57,636 nt of DNA from an uncultured Planctomycetia bacterium. GTDB taxonomy: Bacteria > Omnitrophota > Gorgyraeia > VGKN01. The stretch's first letter is position 1. Every line of letters begins with the position of its first letter. Below the pieces are notes generated by a model. The model had not been told where the DNA came from. It saw nothing but the letters and a program-made list of their open reading frames with translations, and did no database searches. Shown here piece after piece: positions 28,771-37,737 of the stretch. The DNA lies in NCBI GenBank assembly GCA_964506845.1, contig CAZDNS010000005.1, forward strand, positions 2,975-60,610, read 5' to 3'. The translations under genes and the position numbers were made by a program.

Positions 28771-29507
28771 ATATATATTTTTTAATGACAGATGAACCAG
28801 TATATTCGCCTATAACCTGCAGAATCTTTTTGAAAAAATATGCTGATAAGATAGCAGGGATTTCATTTCCTCCCGGCGCAATGAATAAAAAAAGGATTAT
28901 TAGCACAATGAGGATTTATGGTTTACGCCGTTTTTTTAGTATGAGCATTTATCATATGTTATGGATGATAAGAGGCGGGAGAATAGCCAATATATTTCAT
29001 CAATATCAAGCGAAGGTTTATTCGACCGAGAATATCAATAGCCCTGTGTTTATAGATTTGCTAAAAAACCTAAGAGTGGATTTGATAATTTCATTTAATT
29101 GCCCGCAGGTATTCAGGAAAGAACTTATAGCAGTTCCTGCAAAGGGGTGCATAAATGTGCATTTTGGAATGCTGCCCAAGTACCGCGGTATTCAGCCGAT
29201 TATGCACGCCCTCTTAAACGGGGAAAAAGAATTCGGCGTTACTGTGCATTATATAGACGAAAAGCTTGACAGCGGGGATATTATTATTCAAGAGAAAATT
29301 CCAATTTCAGAAAAAGATATTTTAGATACCCTATACCCAAAAGCTTTTGAAACCGCTGGTCATCTTCTTGTGAGGGTGGTTGATATGATAGTAAATGATA
29401 CCGTAAAGCGTATATATAACGACCCGTCTAAAAAAAGTTACTATACATATCCTCGTAAGGAGACCATTAAACAATATCGCAGACTATGCCATATGCGTCA
29501 AAGGTAA
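28767..29507 (+). CDS. Formyltransferase (Fmt-like, probable sugar N-formyltransferase)
   Basis: INVHFGMLPKYRG, GVTVHYIDEKLDSGDII. Confidence 0.9.
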   Translation: MNIYFLMTDEPVYSPITCRIFLKKYADKIAGISFPPGAMNKKRIISTMRIYGLRRFFSMSIYHMLWMIRGGRIANIFHQYQAKVYSTENINSPVFIDLLKNLRVDLIISFNCPQVFRKELIAVPAKGCINVHFGMLPKYRGIQPIMHALLNGEKEFGVTVHYIDEKLDSGDIIIQEKIPISEKDILDTLYPKAFETAGHLLVRVVDMIVNDTVKRIYNDPSKKSYYTYPRKETIKQYRRLCHMRQR

Positions 29508-30757
29508 GTTTCAGATATATTTTGATTATTATGCTTATAGGGCTCGTCCTTAGGCTTGCATTCTCTCTGTTGGTTCCGGTACCGGTCACAAAAGACTCCT
29601 CAGGATATAATAAACTTGCCTTGAGTTTAATTTCCGGTAATGGCTTAACTTATGATATGAAAAACCCAACCCTTTTTAGAGGCCCTGTTTATCCCTTGTT
29701 CTTGGCAGGGATTTACTCGATATTCGGGTATAACTTTGTCATAGCAAGGATAGTCCAGGCCTTCATAGGGATTGCTTTATGCCTCGTATTTTTTTATTTA
29801 TCAGGACAATACCTTGATAAAACCCTATCTAAGCAGGCGCTTACCGCTCTTGCGCTACATCCTGTCCTGATAGCATTAAGCAGTTCTCTGCTTTCCGAGT
29901 TGTTGTTTACATTTCTATTAGGGTTAAGCACTATTAGCCTAACATACGCCTTTGGCAAAAAAGATAAACTCGCTTATTTTATATCCGGTCTGCTCTTTGG
30001 CGTAACTACCCTCACAAGGGCAATAACCGCTTATTTTGCACCCTTTTTATTATGCGCTCAACTTATTTTTTACAAAAATAAAAAACTTATACTAAGCCAC
30101 ATAACGTTTTTTTTATGCGGGCAACTTTTGCTTATCCTCCCCTGGGCAATTAGAAATTATGCCGTATCCGGTCAATATTGTTCGGTAGCCACAGGAGGAG
30201 GAATAGCATTATGGCTTGGCACCTATACGCCGGGCAGGGGTTATGACCTCGGAATGAACCCGGACGTCTATAGAAAATATGAAGGGGTTGTAGGAAAGGG
30301 GCAAAGCTATACCACCATAGAAAATGATAAAAAATTATTCAGAGCCTCTTTAGAGAATATAAAAAATGACCCCATGGGATACATCCTTTTAATACCCGTC
30401 AAGCTTCAAAGGATGTTTATAACCAGTTACAGCTCTTTCTTTAACCTTCACGAAATATCGTTAACAGATTATCTAAGAAATCCCCAGTTGATTTTGCAAA
30501 GACCCTTTATCCCTTTATGGAAAGCACTGATGCTTTTTATCTCAGTAGTTATAGCGACATTTGGTCTTTTTGGGATATGGCAGATTAGGTATGATGTGGA
30601 GAAATTTATACCTGCTCTAATAGTAATTGTATACTTTGTAGTATTTCATGTTCTTTCATTTGCAAGTGCAAGGTCCGGCATACCTATTCTGCCATTTCTT
30701 TTGATATTTGCGGCGAAGGGTTTTAATGGTATATTTTCAGTTAAAGCACGCATATGA
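29486..30757 (+). CDS. ArnT/PMT-like GT-C membrane glycosyltransferase
   Basis: D...Y..LA, RGPVYPLFLA, LLSELLF, LTR, PWAIRN. Confidence 0.8.
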   Translation: MPYASKVSFRYILIIMLIGLVLRLAFSLLVPVPVTKDSSGYNKLALSLISGNGLTYDMKNPTLFRGPVYPLFLAGIYSIFGYNFVIARIVQAFIGIALCLVFFYLSGQYLDKTLSKQALTALALHPVLIALSSSLLSELLFTFLLGLSTISLTYAFGKKDKLAYFISGLLFGVTTLTRAITAYFAPFLLCAQLIFYKNKKLILSHITFFLCGQLLLILPWAIRNYAVSGQYCSVATGGGIALWLGTYTPGRGYDLGMNPDVYRKYEGVVGKGQSYTTIENDKKLFRASLENIKNDPMGYILLIPVKLQRMFITSYSSFFNLHEISLTDYLRNPQLILQRPFIPLWKALMLFISVVIATFGLFGIWQIRYDVEKFIPALIVIVYFVVFHVLSFASARSGIPILPFLLIFAAKGFNGIFSVKARI

Positions 30758-32469
30758 ACAGTAAATTTAAGTTAGGGATAGCCATAATTCTTATTTTGTT
30801 AATAGGCGGATATTTAAGATTTGCTAATCTTGCAAAGAGAGGTATATTCTCATGGGACGAGGGGCATTATGTAGGCGTGCTCTATACCCTATCGGCGGGT
30901 ATTAAATATATTTTTAGGGTTTTTGTTCTTGGGGAGAATTTAGGCAAATTTTCTGACTATATGCTTACCTATGGAGTTAACCATTATCTTGCAGCAAAAC
31001 CAACCTTTTTTGTTTTAGGCCTTATTACAGCCTTATTTACAGGGATGAAAGTCTATACATTGCAAATAGTCTCTGCGGCAAGCGGTTTGTTAACTATAGG
31101 GGTTATTTATTTAATAGCGCATATTACAAAGCAAAGAAGAACAGGAATTTTTGCCTCATTCGCTCTGGCAGTTTCTTATTTTCATACTTATTATTCGCGG
31201 ACAGCAATGCCTCATATTGCAGCAATATTTTTTGCATACCTTGCGCTTCTTTTATATCTTAATTCAATTCATAAGGACGAAACTATTTCGGGGCATAAAA
31301 TTTACAACAGATACCTGTTATGGTCAGGTTTTATAACAGGGATAGCCTTTAGTTGCCATTATAATCTCTATTGGATGCCCTTCATTTTCTGGTTTTGTGA
31401 AATTTTATATTACACTTCAAATTTTAAGAAAAAACCCTTGTTGTCCAAGATCCGTCGTTTTCTTATCTTCTCTTTATGTATGGCAGCTCCACCAGTGTTT
31501 TATGAACTGTTACTGCGCGCTATTAAGGCATATATATATCTGCATCCCAGTCTGGCATCTGCCATCGGAGGCAACTCTGGATATGGAATATTCTATGATT
31601 ACTTTGAACAGCTTTTTTATCAAATTAAATATCTTGATAATGACTATCAATTTAGCAACCGTTTTTTTTATATCCATATGCTTTTCTTAAAAGAGGGGGT
31701 GCTTGTTGTTTCTATTTTCCTGATAGGTTTTTTTTATAGCCTATATAATCTCTGGAAAAAGTTTGCTATATCTGAATTTTTAATGTTGAGTTTTTTTATA
31801 ATCCCGTTTGTTTTGGTAATCGTTAATCCCCATATCCCTAATATGCGCACCTTTATTGTCGTATTACCGGCTTTTTTCTGGTTTGTAGGAAAGGGATTTA
31901 TCTGGACAGAGGGTTTTATCAAGAGAATTCATTTGCCTCATTTTATTAAACCGCAATATATAACAATCTTACTTGCTATTTTTGTGCTTAGCCACAGCCT
32001 GAGCCTGTCAAGGGAATATCTAAATCAAGCTTCAGGCTACAGGGAAGCGCTCCAATATATGGAAACCCATGAGGGGATAAAGCACTTTAGCTCTAACCCC
32101 ATTATCACAAGGATATACGCAGGAAGGAAAAATGCCTATGATATAAGAAGTTATTATCCCGCTGGCCAGGAAGACGCAAGCTCGGGTAATTTCTCGTTAG
32201 ACCATGTTATAACGTTATATAATAAAGGGTTTAGATATCTTATCCTTGACCATTTGAGATACCGTTACAGCAATGCCTTAGTTTCAGCCGCTGAAAACAT
32301 ATCCCCGGTATTTAGCGCCTTTCATTCCAGCGATGCCGATATGTTTGAACGGGGATATGAGGGTATTAAATATGCTAAGGCTTGCCCTAAAAGGATAGAG
32401 GTTTACAGGGTAGAAGACCTGTTAAATCAAATCTCAATATCAAAAAAACAGGGAGTATCGCTTAGATGA
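30754..32469 (+). CDS. ArnT/PMT-like GT-C membrane glycosyltransferase
   Basis: LRFANL...WDEGHY, AKPTF, HTYYSR; many TM segments. Confidence 0.75.
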   Translation: MNSKFKLGIAIILILLIGGYLRFANLAKRGIFSWDEGHYVGVLYTLSAGIKYIFRVFVLGENLGKFSDYMLTYGVNHYLAAKPTFFVLGLITALFTGMKVYTLQIVSAASGLLTIGVIYLIAHITKQRRTGIFASFALAVSYFHTYYSRTAMPHIAAIFFAYLALLLYLNSIHKDETISGHKIYNRYLLWSGFITGIAFSCHYNLYWMPFIFWFCEILYYTSNFKKKPLLSKIRRFLIFSLCMAAPPVFYELLLRAIKAYIYLHPSLASAIGGNSGYGIFYDYFEQLFYQIKYLDNDYQFSNRFFYIHMLFLKEGVLVVSIFLIGFFYSLYNLWKKFAISEFLMLSFFIIPFVLVIVNPHIPNMRTFIVVLPAFFWFVGKGFIWTEGFIKRIHLPHFIKPQYITILLAIFVLSHSLSLSREYLNQASGYREALQYMETHEGIKHFSSNPIITRIYAGRKNAYDIRSYYPAGQEDASSGNFSLDHVITLYNKGFRYLILDHLRYRYSNALVSAAENISPVFSAFHSSDADMFERGYEGIKYAKACPKRIEVYRVEDLLNQISISKKQGVSLR

Positions 32470-33398
32470 GCGTGGTTTACAGAGACAGGGCTTTATCTCA
32501 GGTTCCCAGGATATTAGGGTTAATTGACAGGGATGGGTCTTCAAAAACTTACGGGTGCTCTGACCGTTATTACTGGCATTATAGGTTTCATGACTTTAGC
32601 AATGCCAGATTTCAGGAGGTATCGCTCCTGTTAGCCTTATTGTTTAAGTATGATTTTGAAGATAATCCATTTTTCAGAAATAAAAAAATACTTTCGTGGG
32701 CATTGGGCGCAATAAAATTCTGGGCGAGAATAAGAAACAAAGATGGGAGCGTGAACGAGGCTTACCCCTTTGAGAGGTCGTTTTGCGCTACCGCATTAAG
32801 TACCTTTGCGATAACCGAGGCTATGTTGGCTCTCGGGATTAATGAACAGGTGCGGTTGGAAAAAACCGGTCTATGGTTAAAGAAGAATAACAATACAAAT
32901 GTAGCTAATCAGATGGCGGGTTCAGCAATCTCATTATTTAATATATACCTTCTGACAGGGGATATTGTTTTTAAGGAGGCATCAGAGAAAAAAATAGAGA
33001 TTCTTATTAAAAACCAGAATTCCGATGGCTATTTTCTTGAGTATGGAGGCGCGGATATCGGCTATCAAAGTCTTACCTTGAGTCTTCTTACAAGGTACTA
33101 TAAGAAGGCTAAATCTACCCTTGTCCTTGAATCAATAGAAAAGGGCATAAGGGCACTTGAGAAGGTAATTTTGGATGGCGGAAGTTTCGATTATTCTATG
33201 ACTAGCAGGAAGACACAATTTCTCTACCCTTATTGTTTTACGATGTCCAATAATAATATTATAAATAAACATATAAAGGGGTTAAAGGAAAACAGGGTAC
33301 TTGAGCCGGGCTGGCTCGATGACCGCTATGTGATTCCCCTAACCACAGACTATCTGCATCTTTATCTGGTGTCTGAAAATGTTTATGACAACGCCTAA
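32466..33398 (+). CDS. Hypothetical protein, possible alpha/alpha-barrel
   Basis: Long ORF coupled by ATGA; TYGCSDRYYWHY, QNSDGYFLEYGGADIGY. Confidence 0.6.
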   Translation: MSVVYRDRALSQVPRILGLIDRDGSSKTYGCSDRYYWHYRFHDFSNARFQEVSLLLALLFKYDFEDNPFFRNKKILSWALGAIKFWARIRNKDGSVNEAYPFERSFCATALSTFAITEAMLALGINEQVRLEKTGLWLKKNNNTNVANQMAGSAISLFNIYLLTGDIVFKEASEKKIEILIKNQNSDGYFLEYGGADIGYQSLTLSLLTRYYKKAKSTLVLESIEKGIRALEKVILDGGSFDYSMTSRKTQFLYPYCFTMSNNNIINKHIKGLKENRVLEPGWLDDRYVIPLTTDYLHLYLVSENVYDNA

Positions 33399-33555
33399 AC
33401 TGATTTTGCTTCGCATATATAACCTAACATTAGGAAGGTGCTCTTTTTTTTCAAAAATTCTAAGAAGAATTCTACTATGCATTCTGGTGTATAAAAAGGG
33501 TGAAAGATATGTTGCCAGTTCTAGATATTTTGATTGGTCGGATATTGAAAAATAG
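33379..33555 (+). CDS. Small 58-aa ORF absent from the ORF track
   Basis: MFMTTPKLILLRIYNLTLGRCSFFSKILRRILLCILVYKKGERYVASSRYFDWSDIEK; fills the gap between two coupled genes. Confidence 0.55.
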   Translation: MFMTTPKLILLRIYNLTLGRCSFFSKILRRILLCILVYKKGERYVASSRYFDWSDIEK

Positions 33556-33567
33556 CTTTAAAAACAT

Positions 33568-35007
33568 ATGGATATAGTTTTAATTTTACCAAAAACCAAG
33601 GAAGTTGAGTTTGAAAACATAGAAGTGCCCTATTCAATTCTATGGGTTGGCAGTTATTTGAGCCATCGGCAAATAAATGTTAAATTGTTTGATGAGCGCG
33701 TTACAGGCGATAAAGACATACTTAACTACGTTCATTCTCACAAGATAGAATATGTCGGGGTCTCGACGATGACCGGCCCGCAGTTAAAATATGCTATTGC
33801 CATCTCAAGAAAAATAAAAGAATTGGACAATAAGATAACTCTTATCTGGGGAGGAGTCCACCCTACAATTTTGCCTGAAACGGTATTATTTAAGAACTAC
33901 GTGGATTTTGTGGTGCGGGGCGAGGGCGAAGAAACCCTCTATGAATTATTAAGCGCTTTAGAGAAAGGGAATTCGTACGAGAGAGTTCAGGGGATATCCT
34001 ATAGAAATGGCAAAACGGTTACGAATAATCCTTTCAGGAGATTTATGGACCTCGATAGCGTCTCTATGGACTGGAGCCTATTGGATATGTCGCAGTATAT
34101 CTATGAGGATAATGGAAAGCGCAGTATTTCTTTTACCGTTTCGCGCGGTTGTCATTTTAGATGCAGGTTCTGCTGGAATGTCATTGTGCATAATAGAAAA
34201 TGGCGGTCCTGGAGCTTGGATAAAGCAAAGGAAGAAATTGAAAATTTAATCGCTAAATTCGGTATTAACTATGTTAATTTTATTGACGATAATTTAAGCT
34301 CGGGAAGGGAATACCTTTTTGACTTGGCGGAATTCTTAAAGAGAAAAAATGTAGGCTGGTTTGCATCCCTTAGGGTTGATTTTCTGTCAAGCGAAGAGAA
34401 TATAAAAAGATTGGACGGCTGCGATGGATTATATGTAGGCTCAGAATCAGGGGACGATAGGATACTGCTTCATCTTCAAAAGGATGCTACAGTTGATCAG
34501 ATTGTCAAGAGCGCTCAACTTTTAAAAAAATATGGCATTAAAGGAAATTTCAGTTGGATGGTTGGTTTTCCTGGAGAAACCAGAGATGAGGTGTTAAAAA
34601 CAATTGAACTCGTAGATGAGGTAGCTAAGATTATGCCGACTGCGGCTCAGAGAGTTCGCATCTGGAATCCATATCCCGGCTCATCTTTATTTGAAGAGGC
34701 CGTGGGTATGGGTTTTAAACCGCCTAAGGAACTCGAGGGATGGTCAAATTTTACCAGAGAATATTGCGTATTAGACTACGTTAAAAATCCCTGGGAGCTC
34801 AAGTGTATTAGTTATGTTACATTCTTTTATTTCTACCAGGGTGCCAGGCGAAGCGCAAAACTGCTATACAAGCCTATTCTTTTATTTTTAAGAAAAGTTT
34901 CTTCGTGGCGTTGGAGGAATAAGATATTTAAATTTCCGATAGAATTCTATTTGATTGAAAAAATAAGGGAATTAATCTCCCCTGTCAAGGTTGGCAGGAG
35001 TGATTAG
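33568..35007 (+). CDS. B12-binding radical SAM protein (class B methyltransferase-like)
   Basis: WGGVHPT, VVRGEGE, SRGCHFRCRFC, GSESG, GFPGET. Confidence 0.9.
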   Translation: MDIVLILPKTKEVEFENIEVPYSILWVGSYLSHRQINVKLFDERVTGDKDILNYVHSHKIEYVGVSTMTGPQLKYAIAISRKIKELDNKITLIWGGVHPTILPETVLFKNYVDFVVRGEGEETLYELLSALEKGNSYERVQGISYRNGKTVTNNPFRRFMDLDSVSMDWSLLDMSQYIYEDNGKRSISFTVSRGCHFRCRFCWNVIVHNRKWRSWSLDKAKEEIENLIAKFGINYVNFIDDNLSSGREYLFDLAEFLKRKNVGWFASLRVDFLSSEENIKRLDGCDGLYVGSESGDDRILLHLQKDATVDQIVKSAQLLKKYGIKGNFSWMVGFPGETRDEVLKTIELVDEVAKIMPTAAQRVRIWNPYPGSSLFEEAVGMGFKPPKELEGWSNFTREYCVLDYVKNPWELKCISYVTFFYFYQGARRSAKLLYKPILLFLRKVSSWRWRNKIFKFPIEFYLIEKIRELISPVKVGRSD

Positions 35008-35036
35008 GGTGCTGTTTTGAGTTAAAAAGTGCAAAT

Positions 35037-36485
35037 ATGAAGGTACTAATTTTAAATCCCGTTAGCAAATTTACAAAAAATGTAGTGCGGGACGTCTTAT
35101 ACGGCTGCTGGTGCAAGGGAAAACGCATAGGCGGGGCCACAGTTCCGCCGTTCGGGCTGCTTGTGGTTGCAACTGTGTTAAAAAATGATGGAAATGAAGT
35201 GGTTTTTTTGGATGCCCAGGCGGAACAATTGGGCATAGAAAAGCTAAAATCTATTATAGTGAATTTTGAAGTTGTAGTTATCTCTACCTCTACTATGAGC
35301 TACCGGGAAGATGCAGCAGTGCTTTTAGAATTAAAAAGGGCTAATCCAACATTAAAAACAGTGATTTTCGGCTCTCATCCTACGTTCTTACCCCATTCTG
35401 CGCTTGGAAATAAGGGCGTGGATATAATTGTGCGAAGGGAGCCGGAATATATCATAAGGGATTTAATCAGGGAAATAATAAAGGGTGACTCTTCGTGGAA
35501 AAGGGTTATGGGGATAGGTTTTAAGGAGGGCAGGGAATGTGTTATAAATGAATACTATCCCTTTATTGAGAATCTGGATGAACTTCCCTATCTGGATACT
35601 TCTCTTTTACCAGAAGGTATAGACTATTTTAATCCGATAGTAAAGCGCTTGCCCTATATCACCACCTCTACTTCAAGGGGATGCCCGGGAAGATGCACCT
35701 TCTGCACAGCACCTGCCTTTGACGGGATGAGGCTGCGTTATCAGTCAAGCGATTATGTCCTTGGCCAGATAGAGGAATTTTTAAAAAGAGGCTTCAAAGA
35801 AATCTATTTTAGAGACGATACCTTTCTTGTGGATAAAGCCAGAGACATAAAGATATGCAGGGGTATTATAGAAAGGGGATATGATGTTTCCTGGATTTGC
35901 AATGTAAGAATAGGGATGATAGATAAACAGATGTTAGAATTGATAAAGGAGGCAGGTTGCCATCTTATTAAAACAGGCGTTGAGAGCGGCGTTCAGGAGA
36001 TACTCGATAGGGTCAAAAAGGGAATAAGAATAGAGCAGACCAGAGAGGTTTTTAGATGGGCTAAAGAAGCGGGAATTGATACGCATGCCCATGTGATGCT
36101 TGGAATGCCGGGCGAGACAGAGGATACCCTAAAACGCACTGTTGATTTTGTGCTTGAGATTGCGCCTACAACTGCTACGTTTGGGATATGCACACCCTAT
36201 CCGGGAACGCCCCTTTTTGAGGAGGTGGCTGAACTTTCTCCGGACTTAAAAGATGGAACAGACTCAGATTTTAGCAAACTGCATACCGTAGGGTTGTTTA
36301 ACGAATGTTATACCAGTCTTGATAAACTAAAACTGGAAAAGGCAGTCAGGTTCGCCTATAGAAGGTTTTACTGGCGCTTTCCTTATCTTTTAGAGATGCT
36401 TTCCAAGATAGACGGGATAAGGGATTTTAAAAAATTTGCTATCGCAGGATTAAATGTATTTGATTTTGCCCTGCAAGGAGATTAA
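35037..36485 (+). CDS. B12-binding radical SAM protein
   Basis: GSHPT, SRGCPGRCTFC, GVESG, LGMPGET, PYPGT. Confidence 0.9.
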   Translation: MKVLILNPVSKFTKNVVRDVLYGCWCKGKRIGGATVPPFGLLVVATVLKNDGNEVVFLDAQAEQLGIEKLKSIIVNFEVVVISTSTMSYREDAAVLLELKRANPTLKTVIFGSHPTFLPHSALGNKGVDIIVRREPEYIIRDLIREIIKGDSSWKRVMGIGFKEGRECVINEYYPFIENLDELPYLDTSLLPEGIDYFNPIVKRLPYITTSTSRGCPGRCTFCTAPAFDGMRLRYQSSDYVLGQIEEFLKRGFKEIYFRDDTFLVDKARDIKICRGIIERGYDVSWICNVRIGMIDKQMLELIKEAGCHLIKTGVESGVQEILDRVKKGIRIEQTREVFRWAKEAGIDTHAHVMLGMPGETEDTLKRTVDFVLEIAPTTATFGICTPYPGTPLFEEVAELSPDLKDGTDSDFSKLHTVGLFNECYTSLDKLKLEKAVRFAYRRFYWRFPYLLEMLSKIDGIRDFKKFAIAGLNVFDFALQGD

Positions 36486-36855
36486 ATGAAGCCACAACTT
36501 AGCGAGCGTTAGTGAAGCTAAGTTGTTTGGCTGAATTTAACCCAGCACTAATTTTATGTATTTTGTTTATCTTCTGAAAAATGAGATAACCAACGAACTT
36601 TATTATGGGTATACAAATGACTTAGAACGGCGCTTAAAAGAGCGTAATCTAAATGCGAAATGGAAACTCATATATTACGAAGCATTTGCTTCAGACTTGG
36701 ATGCCAGAGAAAGAGAAAGAAAATTGAAAGATTATGGTCAATCAAGAAATCATCTTAAAAATCGTCTTAAAAGGTCATTACAATTATAAAATTAGTGCTG
36801 GGTCCAATTCGCACAGCAACTTATGTTCACTTTGTTCCATAAGTTGCGTGCTCAT
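36486..36855. mobile_element. Family C element, copy 3: second GIY-YIG gene enclosed by structured inverted repeats
   Basis: ATGAAG...GCTCAT ends; perfect 18-bp inner IR ACCCAGCACTAATTTTAT (36540-36557) / ATAAAATTAGTGCTGGGT (36786-36803); hairpins in both arms. Confidence 0.8.
36556..36789 (+). CDS. Small stand-alone GIY-YIG nuclease
   Basis: YFVYLL...LYYGYTNDLERRL...WKLIYYEAF....DARERERKLK. Confidence 0.88.
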   Translation: MYFVYLLKNEITNELYYGYTNDLERRLKERNLNAKWKLIYYEAFASDLDARERERKLKDYGQSRNHLKNRLKRSLQL

Positions 36856-36867
36856 AGGAGAATAAAA

Positions 36868-37737
36868 ATGCAAAAAACGAATATGGTATCGGTAATCTTA
36901 CCTGCCTGCAATGAGGAAAAGAGCATAGGAAGACTTATTAAGGAGATAAAGGCTATAAATGCGGATTTTGAGGTTATAGTGGTAGATGATGGCTCTTCTG
37001 ATAATACTTCAGAAGCTGCCAAAAGCCATGGCGCAATTGTCATAAGACACCCTTACAATATTGGCAATGGTGCAGCGGTAAAAAGCGGGGTGCGCTATGC
37101 AAAGGGGGACGTGGTAATATTGATGGATGCAGATGGCCAGCATCTTGCAGGCGATATACCGAAATTACTCAATGCTATGGATGGTTTTGATATGGTTGTA
37201 GGGGCAAGAACAGCTCTTTCTGATCTTTCAGGGTATCGCACCCTCGGTAATAAAATCCTGACGAAGGTAGCAGAGTTTTTATCCGGGCATAGAATACCTG
37301 ACCTTACCTCTGGCTTCCGTGCCATAAGAAAGGAAAAATTAGAGGAGTTTTTGCATCTATTCCCGAACAGATATTCCTATCCTACAACCATAACCCTTGC
37401 TATGCTTAAATCAGGATATTTTGTTAAGTATCTTCCGCTTGATTCAATAGGCCGAAGAAAGGAAGGAGAAAGTAAACTGCAGCCCATAAGGGATGGCCTC
37501 AGGTTTATACATATAATACTGAGGATTATAATGCTTTTTGATCCTCAGAAAATTTTCATACCAGCTAGCGTGTTTTTCTTTATTATTGGATGTATTATTG
37601 GGGTACATTCACTTATTGTATCCGGAAAGATAATCCAGTCCGCAGCCCTATTTATAGTAATATCAACCTTCATCTTTTTCTTTGGTCTAATCGCAGAGCA
37701 AATCGCTGCCATAAGGCGGGAGTTGAATGAGAGATAA
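36868..37737 (+). CDS. GT2 glycosyltransferase (DPM1/GtrB-like) with two C-terminal TM helices
   Basis: VILPACNEE, VVDDGSSD, MDADGQH, DLTSGFRA; AGGAG RBS before ATG 36868. Confidence 0.9.
   Translation: MQKTNMVSVILPACNEEKSIGRLIKEIKAINADFEVIVVDDGSSDNTSEAAKSHGAIVIRHPYNIGNGAAVKSGVRYAKGDVVILMDADGQHLAGDIPKLLNAMDGFDMVVGARTALSDLSGYRTLGNKILTKVAEFLSGHRIPDLTSGFRAIRKEKLEEFLHLFPNRYSYPTTITLAMLKSGYFVKYLPLDSIGRRKEGESKLQPIRDGLRFIHIILRIIMLFDPQKIFIPASVFFFIIGCIIGVHSLIVSGKIIQSAALFIVISTFIFFFGLIAEQIAAIRRELNER

Noticed and set aside
33379-36485. 58-aa ORF as a RiPP precursor for the two B12 radical SAM enzymes
   Set aside because: It is basic and hydrophobic with no leader/core pattern, and no RRE, peptidase or transporter is nearby.
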